Shown here in pieces: positions 8,385 through 16,905 of a stretch of 20,226 bases of DNA. Each line of letters starts with the position of its first letter. Position 1 is the first letter of the stretch. The translations under genes were made by a program, and so were the position numbers. The notes below the pieces were generated by a model. It searched no databases, was not told the DNA's origin, and was given only the letters and a program-made list of their open reading frames with translations. Source of the stretch: an uncultured bacterium (GTDB lineage: Bacteria; Schekmanbacteria; GWA2-38-11; J061); the NCBI GenBank assembly GCA_964549305.1, contig CAZJVM010000036.1, positions 1 through 20,226 of the forward strand. The letters run 5' to 3'.

Positions 8385-9097
8385 AGGCATTTCTTCTTGC
8401 CGCAGGACTTGGCACAAGGTTAAAGCCTATTACCGATGAAGTGCCGAAGTGTCTTGTCCCCATATCCGGCAAACCACTCATTTACTATTGGTTTAAACTC
8501 TTTGAAAAACACGGTATCAGCGAAGTATTTATCAATCTCCATTATCTTAGCGATGAAGTGCGAAACTGCGTTGAAAATCTTGAAACTTCCGTCAAAGCAA
8601 CTCTTTTTTTCGAAGAAGAACTTTTGGGAAGTGCAGGCACTGTTTTCCGCAACAGGGAATGGATTGGAGAAGATAAAAACTTTATCGTTGCCTATGCGGA
8701 CAATCTTACAAATATGGATATAGGAAGGCTCATCGATTTTCATTATGAGAAAAAAGGATTGATGACTATCGGTCTTTTTGAAGCTGAAAATCCGGGCGAG
8801 TGCGGAATAGTGAAAACCGATTCGTCATCTGCAGTAACTTCCTTTCACGAGAAGGTGAAAAACCCTCCCGGCAATCTTGCAAATGCGGGCATTTATGTAG
8901 TAAATAGTCTAATTTTTGATGAATTTACATTTCGTAAGCCCCTTGATTTCGGATTTGATATTTTGCCAAAGTTGACGGGAAGAATTTACGGTTATAAAAT
9001 AGAAGAATATTATATTGATATAGGCACCATCGAAAATTATAAAAAAGCCCGTTCACACTGGAAAAGGATACTTAACGAAACTCCCTATTTGAGGTAG
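8381..9097 (+). CDS. hddC: Sugar-1-phosphate nucleotidyltransferase, probably D-glycero-alpha-D-manno-heptose 1-phosphate guanylyltransferase
   Basis: LAAGLGTRL...PKCLVP nucleotidyltransferase motif, single domain, YIDIGT. The TTG start overlaps the upstream TGA. Specificity is inferred from the adjacent hddA/gmhA/gmhB. Confidence 0.78.
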   Translation: MKAFLLAAGLGTRLKPITDEVPKCLVPISGKPLIYYWFKLFEKHGISEVFINLHYLSDEVRNCVENLETSVKATLFFEEELLGSAGTVFRNREWIGEDKNFIVAYADNLTNMDIGRLIDFHYEKKGLMTIGLFEAENPGECGIVKTDSSSAVTSFHEKVKNPPGNLANAGIYVVNSLIFDEFTFRKPLDFGFDILPKLTGRIYGYKIEEYYIDIGTIENYKKARSHWKRILNETPYLR

Positions 9098-9105
9098 AGG
9101 TTAAG

Positions 9106-10086
9106 ATGATAATATCACAGACTCCTTTAAGAATAAGTTTCGCGGGAGGAGGCACCGATTTTCGCGACTACTATATGAATTTCGGTGGAGGTCGGGTATT
9201 GAGTACGGCAATAGACAAGTATGTCTATGTTATTATCAAAAGGCGCTTTGACCGGATGATAAGAATCGGGTATTCCACTACGGAAATGGTGGAAAGCGTT
9301 GATGAAATCAAACACGACCTTGTGAGGGAAGGGCTTAAAAGAACCGGCATTAAGGACAGTGTTGAAATTTCCACAATGGCGGATATACCTTCCACGGGTT
9401 CGGGACTCGGTTCATCAAGTGCCGTAACCGTGGGACTATTAAATGCAATGTATACCTATCGCGGCATTTTGAAAACCGCTGAAGAACTTGCCAGCGAAGC
9501 ATGCGAGGTTGAGATAATGACATTGGGAAAACCAATAGGAAAGCAGGACCAGTATATTTCTTCCTATGGAAATCTCAGAGATATAATATTTGAAGAAAAC
9601 GGCGATGTGAATATAAACTCAGTGAAAATCAATGAGAAAATAAGAGAACGTCTGAGCCGCAATCTGATGCTTTTCTATACGGGGAAAAAGAGAAAATCGA
9701 GCAATATTCTTTCCGAACAGAAAGACAATATATCGACTTTTTGCGATACATTGAGCTCTATGAAGTCAATGGTAGATGATATGAAAAAATGTCTTGTTGA
9801 AGGAAATCTCGACGATTTCGGAAGGCTTCTTCACGAAGGGTGGATGTACAAGAAAAAACTTGCAAGCAGGATAACCAACAGCTATCTTGATGAGATTTAT
9901 AATGAAGCGTTGAAACTGGGGGCCATTGGCGGAAAAGTTGCAGGCGCCGGAGGAGGGGGATTTCTTCTTCTTTACTGCCCATATGAGAAACAGCTTGCCC
10001 TGAGAGAATCTTTTTCATCACTTCAGGAGTTAAAATTCAATTTTGAAAGGGACGGCACAAGAATTATTTTCAATATCCAGCGATAG
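9106..10086 (+). CDS. hddA: D-glycero-alpha-D-manno-heptose 7-phosphate kinase (GHMP family)
   Basis: TPLRISFAGGGTD, GHMP ATP loop PSTGSGLGSSS, GKQDQY and GAGGGGFLL. GAGG RBS. Confidence 0.88.
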   Translation: MIISQTPLRISFAGGGTDFRDYYMNFGGGRVLSTAIDKYVYVIIKRRFDRMIRIGYSTTEMVESVDEIKHDLVREGLKRTGIKDSVEISTMADIPSTGSGLGSSSAVTVGLLNAMYTYRGILKTAEELASEACEVEIMTLGKPIGKQDQYISSYGNLRDIIFEENGDVNINSVKINEKIRERLSRNLMLFYTGKKRKSSNILSEQKDNISTFCDTLSSMKSMVDDMKKCLVEGNLDDFGRLLHEGWMYKKKLASRITNSYLDEIYNEALKLGAIGGKVAGAGGGGFLLLYCPYEKQLALRESFSSLQELKFNFERDGTRIIFNIQR

Positions 10087-10128
10087 TTTGTAGTTCCCTT
10101 TAAAAAACCAACCGGAGGCATAAAAAAA

Positions 10129-10686
10129 ATGGATTCAAAAGAGTATCTCGATGACGTGTCGGATATCGTGAGCAATGTACACGTGGAAGACATAGAGGAT
10201 ATTGTCGGGATTTTAATGGACGCGTACAAAAACGACAGACAGTTGTTCCTTTTCGGAAACGGCGGAAGCGCGTCGAGCGCGTCGCATATGGCGTGCGATA
10301 TGGGCAAGGGAACAGTTGTGGAAGGGAAAAAAAGATTAAAGGTCATGTCCCTGTCCGACAGCATCCCCGTTATTACCGCATATGCAAATGACTATGATTA
10401 CAAACATATCTTTGCCGAACAGCTGATTAATTTCGTAAAGGAAGGCGATATAGCTTTCGGATTGAGCGGAAGCGGAAATTCGGAAAATGTCCTTAACGCG
10501 CTCAAGGTAGCAAAAGAGAAGGGCGCCGTGACTGTTGGATTGACAGGTTTTGAAGGCGGTAAAATGGCAGGACTTTGCGATAAATGCATCATTGTGCCGA
10601 GCGACAATATGCAGAAAATTGAAGATCTTCATCTCATTATATGCCACGTGATTTTCTCACGCATAAGAGACCTTGTGAAAATATAA
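10129..10686 (+). CDS. gmhA: Phosphoheptose (sedoheptulose 7-phosphate) isomerase, SIS domain
   Basis: GNGGS, TAYANDY, F-A-E-Q, SGSGNSENV, LTGFEGG and IEDLHLIICH. GGAGG RBS. Lies in the heptose pathway cluster. Confidence 0.85.
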   Translation: MDSKEYLDDVSDIVSNVHVEDIEDIVGILMDAYKNDRQLFLFGNGGSASSASHMACDMGKGTVVEGKKRLKVMSLSDSIPVITAYANDYDYKHIFAEQLINFVKEGDIAFGLSGSGNSENVLNALKVAKEKGAVTVGLTGFEGGKMAGLCDKCIIVPSDNMQKIEDLHLIICHVIFSRIRDLVKI

Positions 10687-11237
10687 TGTTCGTTTTTATC
10701 GACAGAGACGGCGTCATAAATAAAAACTATGACGGGTCGTACATAAACAGATGGGACGATTTTGAGTTTCTCCCCGGTATTTTCACCGCCCTGAGGAAAC
10801 TTGCCGCGGAAAATATACGCTGTGCCGTAATATCAAATCAATCAGGTGTGGGAAAAAAAATAATGACGGAAGAAGAGCTTTACGCTGTCGACGGCAAAAT
10901 GCACGAAGAGCTCAGGAGAAATGGGTGCGCTGTGGAGAAAACCTATTACTGCATTCACAGACCTGATGAAGGTTGCAGTTGCAGAAAACCGATGCCGGGA
11001 CTTCTTGAGAAGGCCTGCAGGGAAATGAATCTGAATCCCGCTGAGGGTTTTTTCGTGGGTGATTATTTCACCGATGTTGAAGCCGGAAAATCAGCTGGCA
11101 TTCGCACTATTCTTGTAAAAACGGGCAGAGGCAAAGATGCGCTTCTGATGCGCGACGAGTGGAATGTGAAACCGGATTTTATAGCCGGCGACCTCAATGA
11201 AGCCATTGATATAATTTTAAAGAATAAGGAGAAATAG
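10686..11237 (+). CDS. gmhB: D,D-heptose 1,7-bisphosphate phosphatase (HAD family)
   Basis: DRDGVIN (DxD), SNQSG, Zn site CIH...CSCRKP and VGD...D. ATG 10686 overlaps the gmhA stop (TAATG), so it is preferred over 10641. Confidence 0.9.
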   Translation: MFVFIDRDGVINKNYDGSYINRWDDFEFLPGIFTALRKLAAENIRCAVISNQSGVGKKIMTEEELYAVDGKMHEELRRNGCAVEKTYYCIHRPDEGCSCRKPMPGLLEKACREMNLNPAEGFFVGDYFTDVEAGKSAGIRTILVKTGRGKDALLMRDEWNVKPDFIAGDLNEAIDIILKNKEK

Positions 11238-11241
11238 CAAT

Positions 11242-12168
11242 ATGAAAACTGCTATTGTTACGGGAGGCGCGGGATTTATTGCTTCTCATATTGTCGATGC
11301 GTTGATTGGCGAAGGATTTACCGTTTCAATAATCGATAATCTTGCAAGCGGCAAGGAGAGGAATATAAACGCCGATGCGCATTTCTACAAGATGGATATA
11401 AGGGATGAAAAGGTTGCCGATGTTTTTGACAGGGAAAAGCCACAGATTATTTTTCATCTTGCCGCGCAGATGGATGTGCGAAAATCAGTGGAAGACCCTG
11501 CCTATGACGCTGATGTAAACGTAAAGGGAGCCCTCAATATCCTCGAAAACTCCAAGAGGACAGGAGTGAAAAAGCTTATTTTCTCTTCAACGGGAGGCGC
11601 CATTTACGGTGAACCCGAATACTTCCCCGTGCGGGAAGAGCACCCCATCAGACCTCTTTCGCCTTACGGGCTGACTAAGTTCGTGTTTGAAAATTATCTT
11701 TCCCTTTATGAACGGCTTTACGGCTTCAAATATACCGTGCTTCGCTATCCGAATGTTTACGGGCCGAGACAGGACCCTCACGGCGAGGCGGGAGTTGTAG
11801 CTATTTTTTCACAGCAGATGATTACGGGAATTCAGCCTAAAATATTCGGAGACGGAAACAAGACGCGCGACTATGTTTTTATAGAAGACATAGTCAAGGC
11901 AAATATTACCTGCATAGACAAGGGCGACTGTGAAACTATAAACCTCGGATGGGGAACAGAGGTTAAGGATGTGGAAATATTCGAGTCCGTAAGAGATGCT
12001 CTCGCCGTGGATGTAAAAGCGCACTTTGCACAAGCGCGCCTCGGTGAGATTGAAAGAATGTGCCTGGATGCCTCGAAGGCAAAGTCGCTCATAGGTTGGG
12101 AACCTTCGGTTACTCTCAGGGAAGGCATAGGCAGAGCGGTGGAATATTACAGGTCTGTAGTTAAATAG
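11242..12168 (+). CDS. NAD-dependent nucleotide-sugar epimerase/dehydratase (UDP-glucose 4-epimerase-like extended SDR)
   Basis: TGGAGFIAS, HLAAQ, SSTGGAIYG, YxxxK (YGLTK), NVYGPRQDPHGEAGVV and TRDYV. Confidence 0.92.
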   Translation: MKTAIVTGGAGFIASHIVDALIGEGFTVSIIDNLASGKERNINADAHFYKMDIRDEKVADVFDREKPQIIFHLAAQMDVRKSVEDPAYDADVNVKGALNILENSKRTGVKKLIFSSTGGAIYGEPEYFPVREEHPIRPLSPYGLTKFVFENYLSLYERLYGFKYTVLRYPNVYGPRQDPHGEAGVVAIFSQQMITGIQPKIFGDGNKTRDYVFIEDIVKANITCIDKGDCETINLGWGTEVKDVEIFESVRDALAVDVKAHFAQARLGEIERMCLDASKAKSLIGWEPSVTLREGIGRAVEYYRSVVK

Positions 12169-12201
12169 ACGGCATTTTACGGGACACAGTATTAAGCTTT
12201 G

Positions 12202-15200
12202 TTAACTGATGTCGCTTTCGTCCGCAATCACATTGCTGCCTGATACTTTTGCGCGAAAATCTTCCAGTACCATATAAAGCGTAGGAATGAGTATAAGAGT
12301 TATTCCAGTTGCGAATATCACTCCGAAAGCAAGACTTATTGCCATAGGTGTCAGCCATTGTGCCTGTATGCTTCTTTCAAGAAGCATAGGGGTAAGCCCG
12401 AAAAAGGTGGTAAGAGAGGTAAGAAGAATGGGGCGAAGACGCCTTTGTCCTCCTTTAACTACGGATTCGATTAATTCCTGCCCACTGCGTCTGTTACGGT
12501 TTATTGTATCGATGAGAAGAAGTGAATCGTTTACGACAACACCTGTCAATGCTACAAGCCCGTAGACGCTGAGCATGCTCAGGGCAAAACCCATTAAAAT
12601 GTGTCCGATAAATGCGCCTATTATTCCAAATGGGATTACTGCCATAATCAACAGGGGTTGGATATAGCTTTTGAATGGAATTGCAAGAAGGGCGAAGATG
12701 GCAATCAGCGCAAGGGGAAATCCCCGGAACATACTCCCGAATGACTCTCTGCGCTCCTTTTCCTGTCCTTCCATTGAATATGTCAATCCGGGATAACTGC
12801 TTGCAAGCTCGGGCAGAAGTTTCGCGTTGAGCTCTCTGATTATCTCCTGAGCGTTTGCTACTTCGCTGTAAACATTAGCCGAAACATTGACGACTCTTTT
12901 ACGTCCTGTCCTGTTTATTTCGTTAAATCCTTTTCCTTCCTTTATATAAGCCGCCTGCATCAGAGGAACTTCATCGTTGTTTGCCGTGCGTATCCTCATT
13001 GACTCAAGGTCGGAAAGTTTCTTTCTCTCTTCGGCGGGATATTTTACCATTACCTTAATTTCATTTCTTCCTCTCTGAAATCTGAGCGCTTCGGCACCGT
13101 AAAAAGCCGACCTGATTTGACGTCCCATATCTTCTTCCGTTATTCCCAGAGTACGCGCTTCAGGTCGTAGGCGAAGCTTTAACTCCTGCTTTCCTCTTTC
13201 GAATGTGTCCACAATGCTTCCCACTCCGGGATAATCGGCGAGAGCTTTTTTGACTTTCTCCGATGCCACTTCGAGTATTTCCGGATTTGTGTGCGATAGC
13301 TGAATATCTATATTTGCTCCGCCGAAATGCGCGAGACTGGTATCAAAAGTGAGCGACTCCAATCCGGGAATTTCCGGAATCTTGTCGCGCCATCTGTGGC
13401 CTATTTCTTCCGCGGGAATACCCCGTTCTTCGGTGCTTTCAAGCAGAAGCGCCACATCGGAAATATGGGAATATGACCCCGATGCCTTGGCGCTTATTCC
13501 TCTTGAAGAAATATTTCCGCCAATTACTGAATACATTTCACGAAGTATCGACTTGCCGTTTTTTCTTTCATTGTCATATTCGGCAACTATTTCACGGCCT
13601 TTTTCCGATACGATTTTCTGCACTCTTGCCGTTTCTTCCACGGGAGTGCCCGGAGTCATTTCAATTGCCGCAATGATTACATTGCTGTCAACTTCCGGCA
13701 TAAAGACGAATTTAAGCAGTCCTCCCTGTACGGCGCTCACGATAATAATCAGAAAGGCAATGCTTGCCGCGATTGTGGAATAGCGGTTATCTATGCAGAA
13801 AGTGACAAACTTTTTGTAAGTACCTTCCGTAAAGCTTTTGAGTTTACTGCTGAAAAAATGCTGTACGCCCTCCGTTGTACGGTAAAGAATGCCTTTATCC
13901 CCCTTTGCTGATTTACGGGAGAGGTGTGCCGGAAGAATGAAGAGGGATTCAATTAAGGAAACAAGCAAAAGCGTTATTACAATCATGGGGATGACTTTTA
14001 TGAATTTCCCCATTACGCCGCCTACAAAAAGGAGAGGGAAAAATGCCGCAACCGTTGTAAGCACGGAGAAAACAACAGGTACCGATACTTCGATTCCTCC
14101 CTCGATTGCCGCTTTGAGAAATGGTTTGCCCATCTGCCTGTGTTCGTAAATATTCTCACCGATAACAATTGCGTCGTCGACGAGAATGCCGAGCACGAGA
14201 ATAAACGCGAAAAGGGATATCATATTAATTGATACGCCTATGAATGGAAGTATAAATATGCCTCCGAGAAAGGATATTGGAATTCCGAGCATAACCCACA
14301 GGGCAAGGCGTATCTCAAGAAACATACCAAGTACAATCAAAACAAGGCATAGCCCGTAAGAAGCGTTTTTTGTCAGAAGATTAAGCCGGCTTTCAAGGTT
14401 TTCCGAGCTGTCATTCCAAACTATAAGGTTAAGCGACTCGGGAAGGGACTGCTTCTTTTTTTCAAGATATCTTTTTACCGCCGAGGATATTACCTCCGGT
14501 TTCTGCTCACCCACTCGCGAAACCTTTATCATTACCGCGGGTTTCCCGTTGCAAAGGGCGATCGTGTCCGTTTCGCTGAATGAGTCATTTACTTGCGCAA
14601 TGTCCTTTAACCTTATTTCCGTGCCGTCGGCATTTACAATTACGGAAACGTCTTCATATTCAGTGCCCCAGTATTTTTTTTCCTTTGTGCGAAGAAGAAT
14701 ATTGCCTCCCGAAGTTTTTACGGTGCCCGCGGGCATATCGAGAGATGCGCGTCTGAGTCTCAACGCGACCTGATTGAGCGTAAGGTTGTATCTGCGGAGA
14801 TTTTCTTCGGGGATCTCCACTGAAATTTCGTAAGGACGTACTCCAACGAGGTCAACCTGCGTTATTTCCGGAAGGGAGAGAATTTCCTTTTCGATAATGT
14901 CTGCCTGCTCTCTGAGAGTCCACTCACTGCTGTCTCCGTAAAGCACGAGGGAAATAACCTGATTTCTGCTTTCGAGTTTTGAGATGACTGGTTTTTCCGC
15001 GTTTTCCGGAAAGGTCGTTATCCTGTCTATTTCCGATTTTATGTCCTGAAGGATGAGGTCGGGGTCTTCCCCCTGCTCAAGCTCCGCGTTAACGACTCCA
15101 AGTCCCTCTGTTGCAGTTGACCTTATTTCTTTGATGCCTACGATTCCCGTTAGATTTTCTTCGATTTTAAGAATGATTCCTTCCTCGATTTCTTCGGGAC

Positions 15201-15366
15201 CCGCGCCCGGATATACCATCGATATCTGAATCATATCAAGAGTCATTTCAGGGAATACTTCCTGCTTGATGGAGAAAGAGTTTATAAGTCCTCCCACTAT
15301 AAGCAGGAGCATAAGAAGATTTGCCGCAACATGGTTTTTTGCCATCCATGTCATTGCGTTCTTCAT
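12202..15366 (-). CDS. RND transporter permease (AcrB/AcrD/AcrF family)
   Basis: 1054 aa with two large periplasmic loops. GILVDDAIVIGENI (TM4 Asp pair), GVVVNDSLLL and RLRPILLTSLTT. ATGA overlap with the MFP stop. Confidence 0.95.
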   Translation of the reverse strand: MKNAMTWMAKNHVAANLLMLLLIVGGLINSFSIKQEVFPEMTLDMIQISMVYPGAGPEEIEEGIILKIEENLTGIVGIKEIRSTATEGLGVVNAELEQGEDPDLILQDIKSEIDRITTFPENAEKPVISKLESRNQVISLVLYGDSSEWTLREQADIIEKEILSLPEITQVDLVGVRPYEISVEIPEENLRRYNLTLNQVALRLRRASLDMPAGTVKTSGGNILLRTKEKKYWGTEYEDVSVIVNADGTEIRLKDIAQVNDSFSETDTIALCNGKPAVMIKVSRVGEQKPEVISSAVKRYLEKKKQSLPESLNLIVWNDSSENLESRLNLLTKNASYGLCLVLIVLGMFLEIRLALWVMLGIPISFLGGIFILPFIGVSINMISLFAFILVLGILVDDAIVIGENIYEHRQMGKPFLKAAIEGGIEVSVPVVFSVLTTVAAFFPLLFVGGVMGKFIKVIPMIVITLLLVSLIESLFILPAHLSRKSAKGDKGILYRTTEGVQHFFSSKLKSFTEGTYKKFVTFCIDNRYSTIAASIAFLIIIVSAVQGGLLKFVFMPEVDSNVIIAAIEMTPGTPVEETARVQKIVSEKGREIVAEYDNERKNGKSILREMYSVIGGNISSRGISAKASGSYSHISDVALLLESTEERGIPAEEIGHRWRDKIPEIPGLESLTFDTSLAHFGGANIDIQLSHTNPEILEVASEKVKKALADYPGVGSIVDTFERGKQELKLRLRPEARTLGITEEDMGRQIRSAFYGAEALRFQRGRNEIKVMVKYPAEERKKLSDLESMRIRTANNDEVPLMQAAYIKEGKGFNEINRTGRKRVVNVSANVYSEVANAQEIIRELNAKLLPELASSYPGLTYSMEGQEKERRESFGSMFRGFPLALIAIFALLAIPFKSYIQPLLIMAVIPFGIIGAFIGHILMGFALSMLSVYGLVALTGVVVNDSLLLIDTINRNRRSGQELIESVVKGGQRRLRPILLTSLTTFFGLTPMLLERSIQAQWLTPMAISLAFGVIFATGITLILIPTLYMVLEDFRAKVSGSNVIADESDIS

Positions 15367-16499
15367 TGCGAAACTCCTTTGTCAAAAGGCCTTACCACCA
15401 TACCTTCTGCAGCGCCGGGAATGGAAGTAACGAGAATTCTGTCGCCGTCTTCAAGCCCTTCGCTCACAAGAAGCATTTCTTTTTCCCTGCGAAGTATTGT
15501 TATTTTACGATTTTTCAGCAGATTATTTTCACCGATGGTCCAAACCGATGAATCTTTCTGCAGAACTTTTCTTGGAATCATAAATATGTCGTTAATGAGT
15601 TTTCCTTTGAGATTGACCTCTACAAAGGTGCCTATGGCAAGGTCGGGTCGATTATCGCCCTTCCTGGTGTTTTTCAACTGATAGGGGTCTGAAACATCCA
15701 CTACCACTCTTGCCATTCTGTCGCGCGTATTTATTTCACCCAGTGTTCTTGACGTTATACCCTGCCATATGAATCTTCTGCTTCCCGACTCAACTACAAT
15801 TTCTGCTGTGGACGCTTTTCCTTTTTTGCCCTGTTCTGGTATCTCGATCCACGATATGTCTTCCAGAGGTATGGGAACTAAAATTTCCGCCGTGTCGGTT
15901 CCCGCAATCATTCCCACGCTGTTGCCTGAGCGCACATACTGCCCTATGTCTATCTCCTCGGACCTTATCAGGCAGTTAAAAGGGGCGCGTATTTCAGTCC
16001 TCTCGAGATCGAGTTTTGCCTGCTTGAGTTTCGCATTTGCAACCTTGTAGTCATCAAGAGCTTTTTCGAAATCATGCTCGTTTATCATTCCCTTTTCAAA
16101 GAGAGAATCTGACCGTTTGTATTCGTTTTCAAGGCGTTCAAAATTTGCCTCAGACTGTCTGAGTGCAAGCTCATAGTCTATGGATTCGATTTTAAAAAAA
16201 AGAGCGCCTTTCCTGAAATGACCGCCTGATGTGAAATGCGGTGAAAGCCACGATATCTTTCCGCTTACTTGCGGAGTTATACTTGCTTCCTGTTTTACCT
16301 CGACAGTGCCTGTGCCGGAAACGATGAGATTATAATTATCTTTTTTTACAGTTATATAATCAGCAAGAGGACCTATATTTTCCTTAATTATCTTTTTTGG
16401 CACGGGACGGGACTGCACGATAACCCAACGCGCGGCAAACGCTGTCACGATTATAACTATTGGAATGATAATTTTCTTAAACTTATTACCTGATGCCAT
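15363..16499 (-). CDS. RND periplasmic adaptor (membrane fusion protein)
   Basis: N-terminal anchor, ITPQVSGKI lipoyl half, alpha-hairpin, IRAPFNC...GQYV and GLEDGDRILV. Confidence 0.93.
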   Translation of the reverse strand: MASGNKFKKIIIPIVIIVTAFAARWVIVQSRPVPKKIIKENIGPLADYITVKKDNYNLIVSGTGTVEVKQEASITPQVSGKISWLSPHFTSGGHFRKGALFFKIESIDYELALRQSEANFERLENEYKRSDSLFEKGMINEHDFEKALDDYKVANAKLKQAKLDLERTEIRAPFNCLIRSEEIDIGQYVRSGNSVGMIAGTDTAEILVPIPLEDISWIEIPEQGKKGKASTAEIVVESGSRRFIWQGITSRTLGEINTRDRMARVVVDVSDPYQLKNTRKGDNRPDLAIGTFVEVNLKGKLINDIFMIPRKVLQKDSSVWTIGENNLLKNRKITILRREKEMLLVSEGLEDGDRILVTSIPGAAEGMVVRPFDKGVSQ

Positions 16500-16737
16500 T
16501 TGCGATATCCTTAATTAGTTTCAGGGTTTTTGGTTAAGGGGAAAGAAGATTTTATTTCTTTACAATCAATTTTAACTTATTTGGTTAATTAAATATGAAT
16601 AAAATGTATTAATTATGGATTTATACCGTCAAAACTTTTGTATTCCATCTATTATTAGAATTGCGTTTTGTCAAAATAATATTTAAAGGATAATAATTTC
16701 TTTTCTAATTCAACGGCTTAATAATTACAAAGGGAAA

Positions 16738-16773
16738 TTTTGTATTGACAAAAAGAGATATATAAAATATTTA
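16738..16773 (+). promoter_or_regulatory. Candidate sigma70 promoter of the thrC-like operon with an overlapping inverted repeat
   Basis: Perfect TTGACA (16745-16750). The -10 at 17 bp is TATTTA (16768-16773, imperfect). The inverted repeat TTTTGT-ATTG-ACAAAA (16738-16753) overlaps the -35. Confidence 0.4.
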
Positions 16774-16781
16774 TTTGCTTC

Positions 16782-16866
16782 ATACCTCCCAATATCTGTG
16801 ATGTTGTCTGCGATATTGAGTCAAACTCATTATAACGTACTCCCAAATTATGATAAAGCGAGGTAT
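16782..16866 (+). ncRNA. Candidate structured 5' leader RNA (three-helix junction), family unrecognised
   Basis: ATACCTC (16782-88) pairs with GAGGTAT (16860-66) and encloses CAATATC (16790-96)/GATATTG (16812-18) and ATTATAA (16829-35)/TTATGAT (16848-54). It begins at the predicted transcription start. Confidence 0.35.
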
Positions 16867-16905
16867 TTATATTTTTAGATTTTGCAGGGGCTTAAAGGAG
16901 AAGCA

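Noticed and set aside
16718-16792. Minus-strand GGGAGGT-ATG short ORF (MKQINILYISFCQYKISLCNY)
   Set aside because: The SD abuts the ATG with no spacer, and the peptide is low-complexity AT-rich sequence.
16770-16905. Canonical SAM-I riboswitch or T-box upstream of thrC
   Set aside because: The conserved cores are not visible. It is reported instead as an unassigned structured leader.
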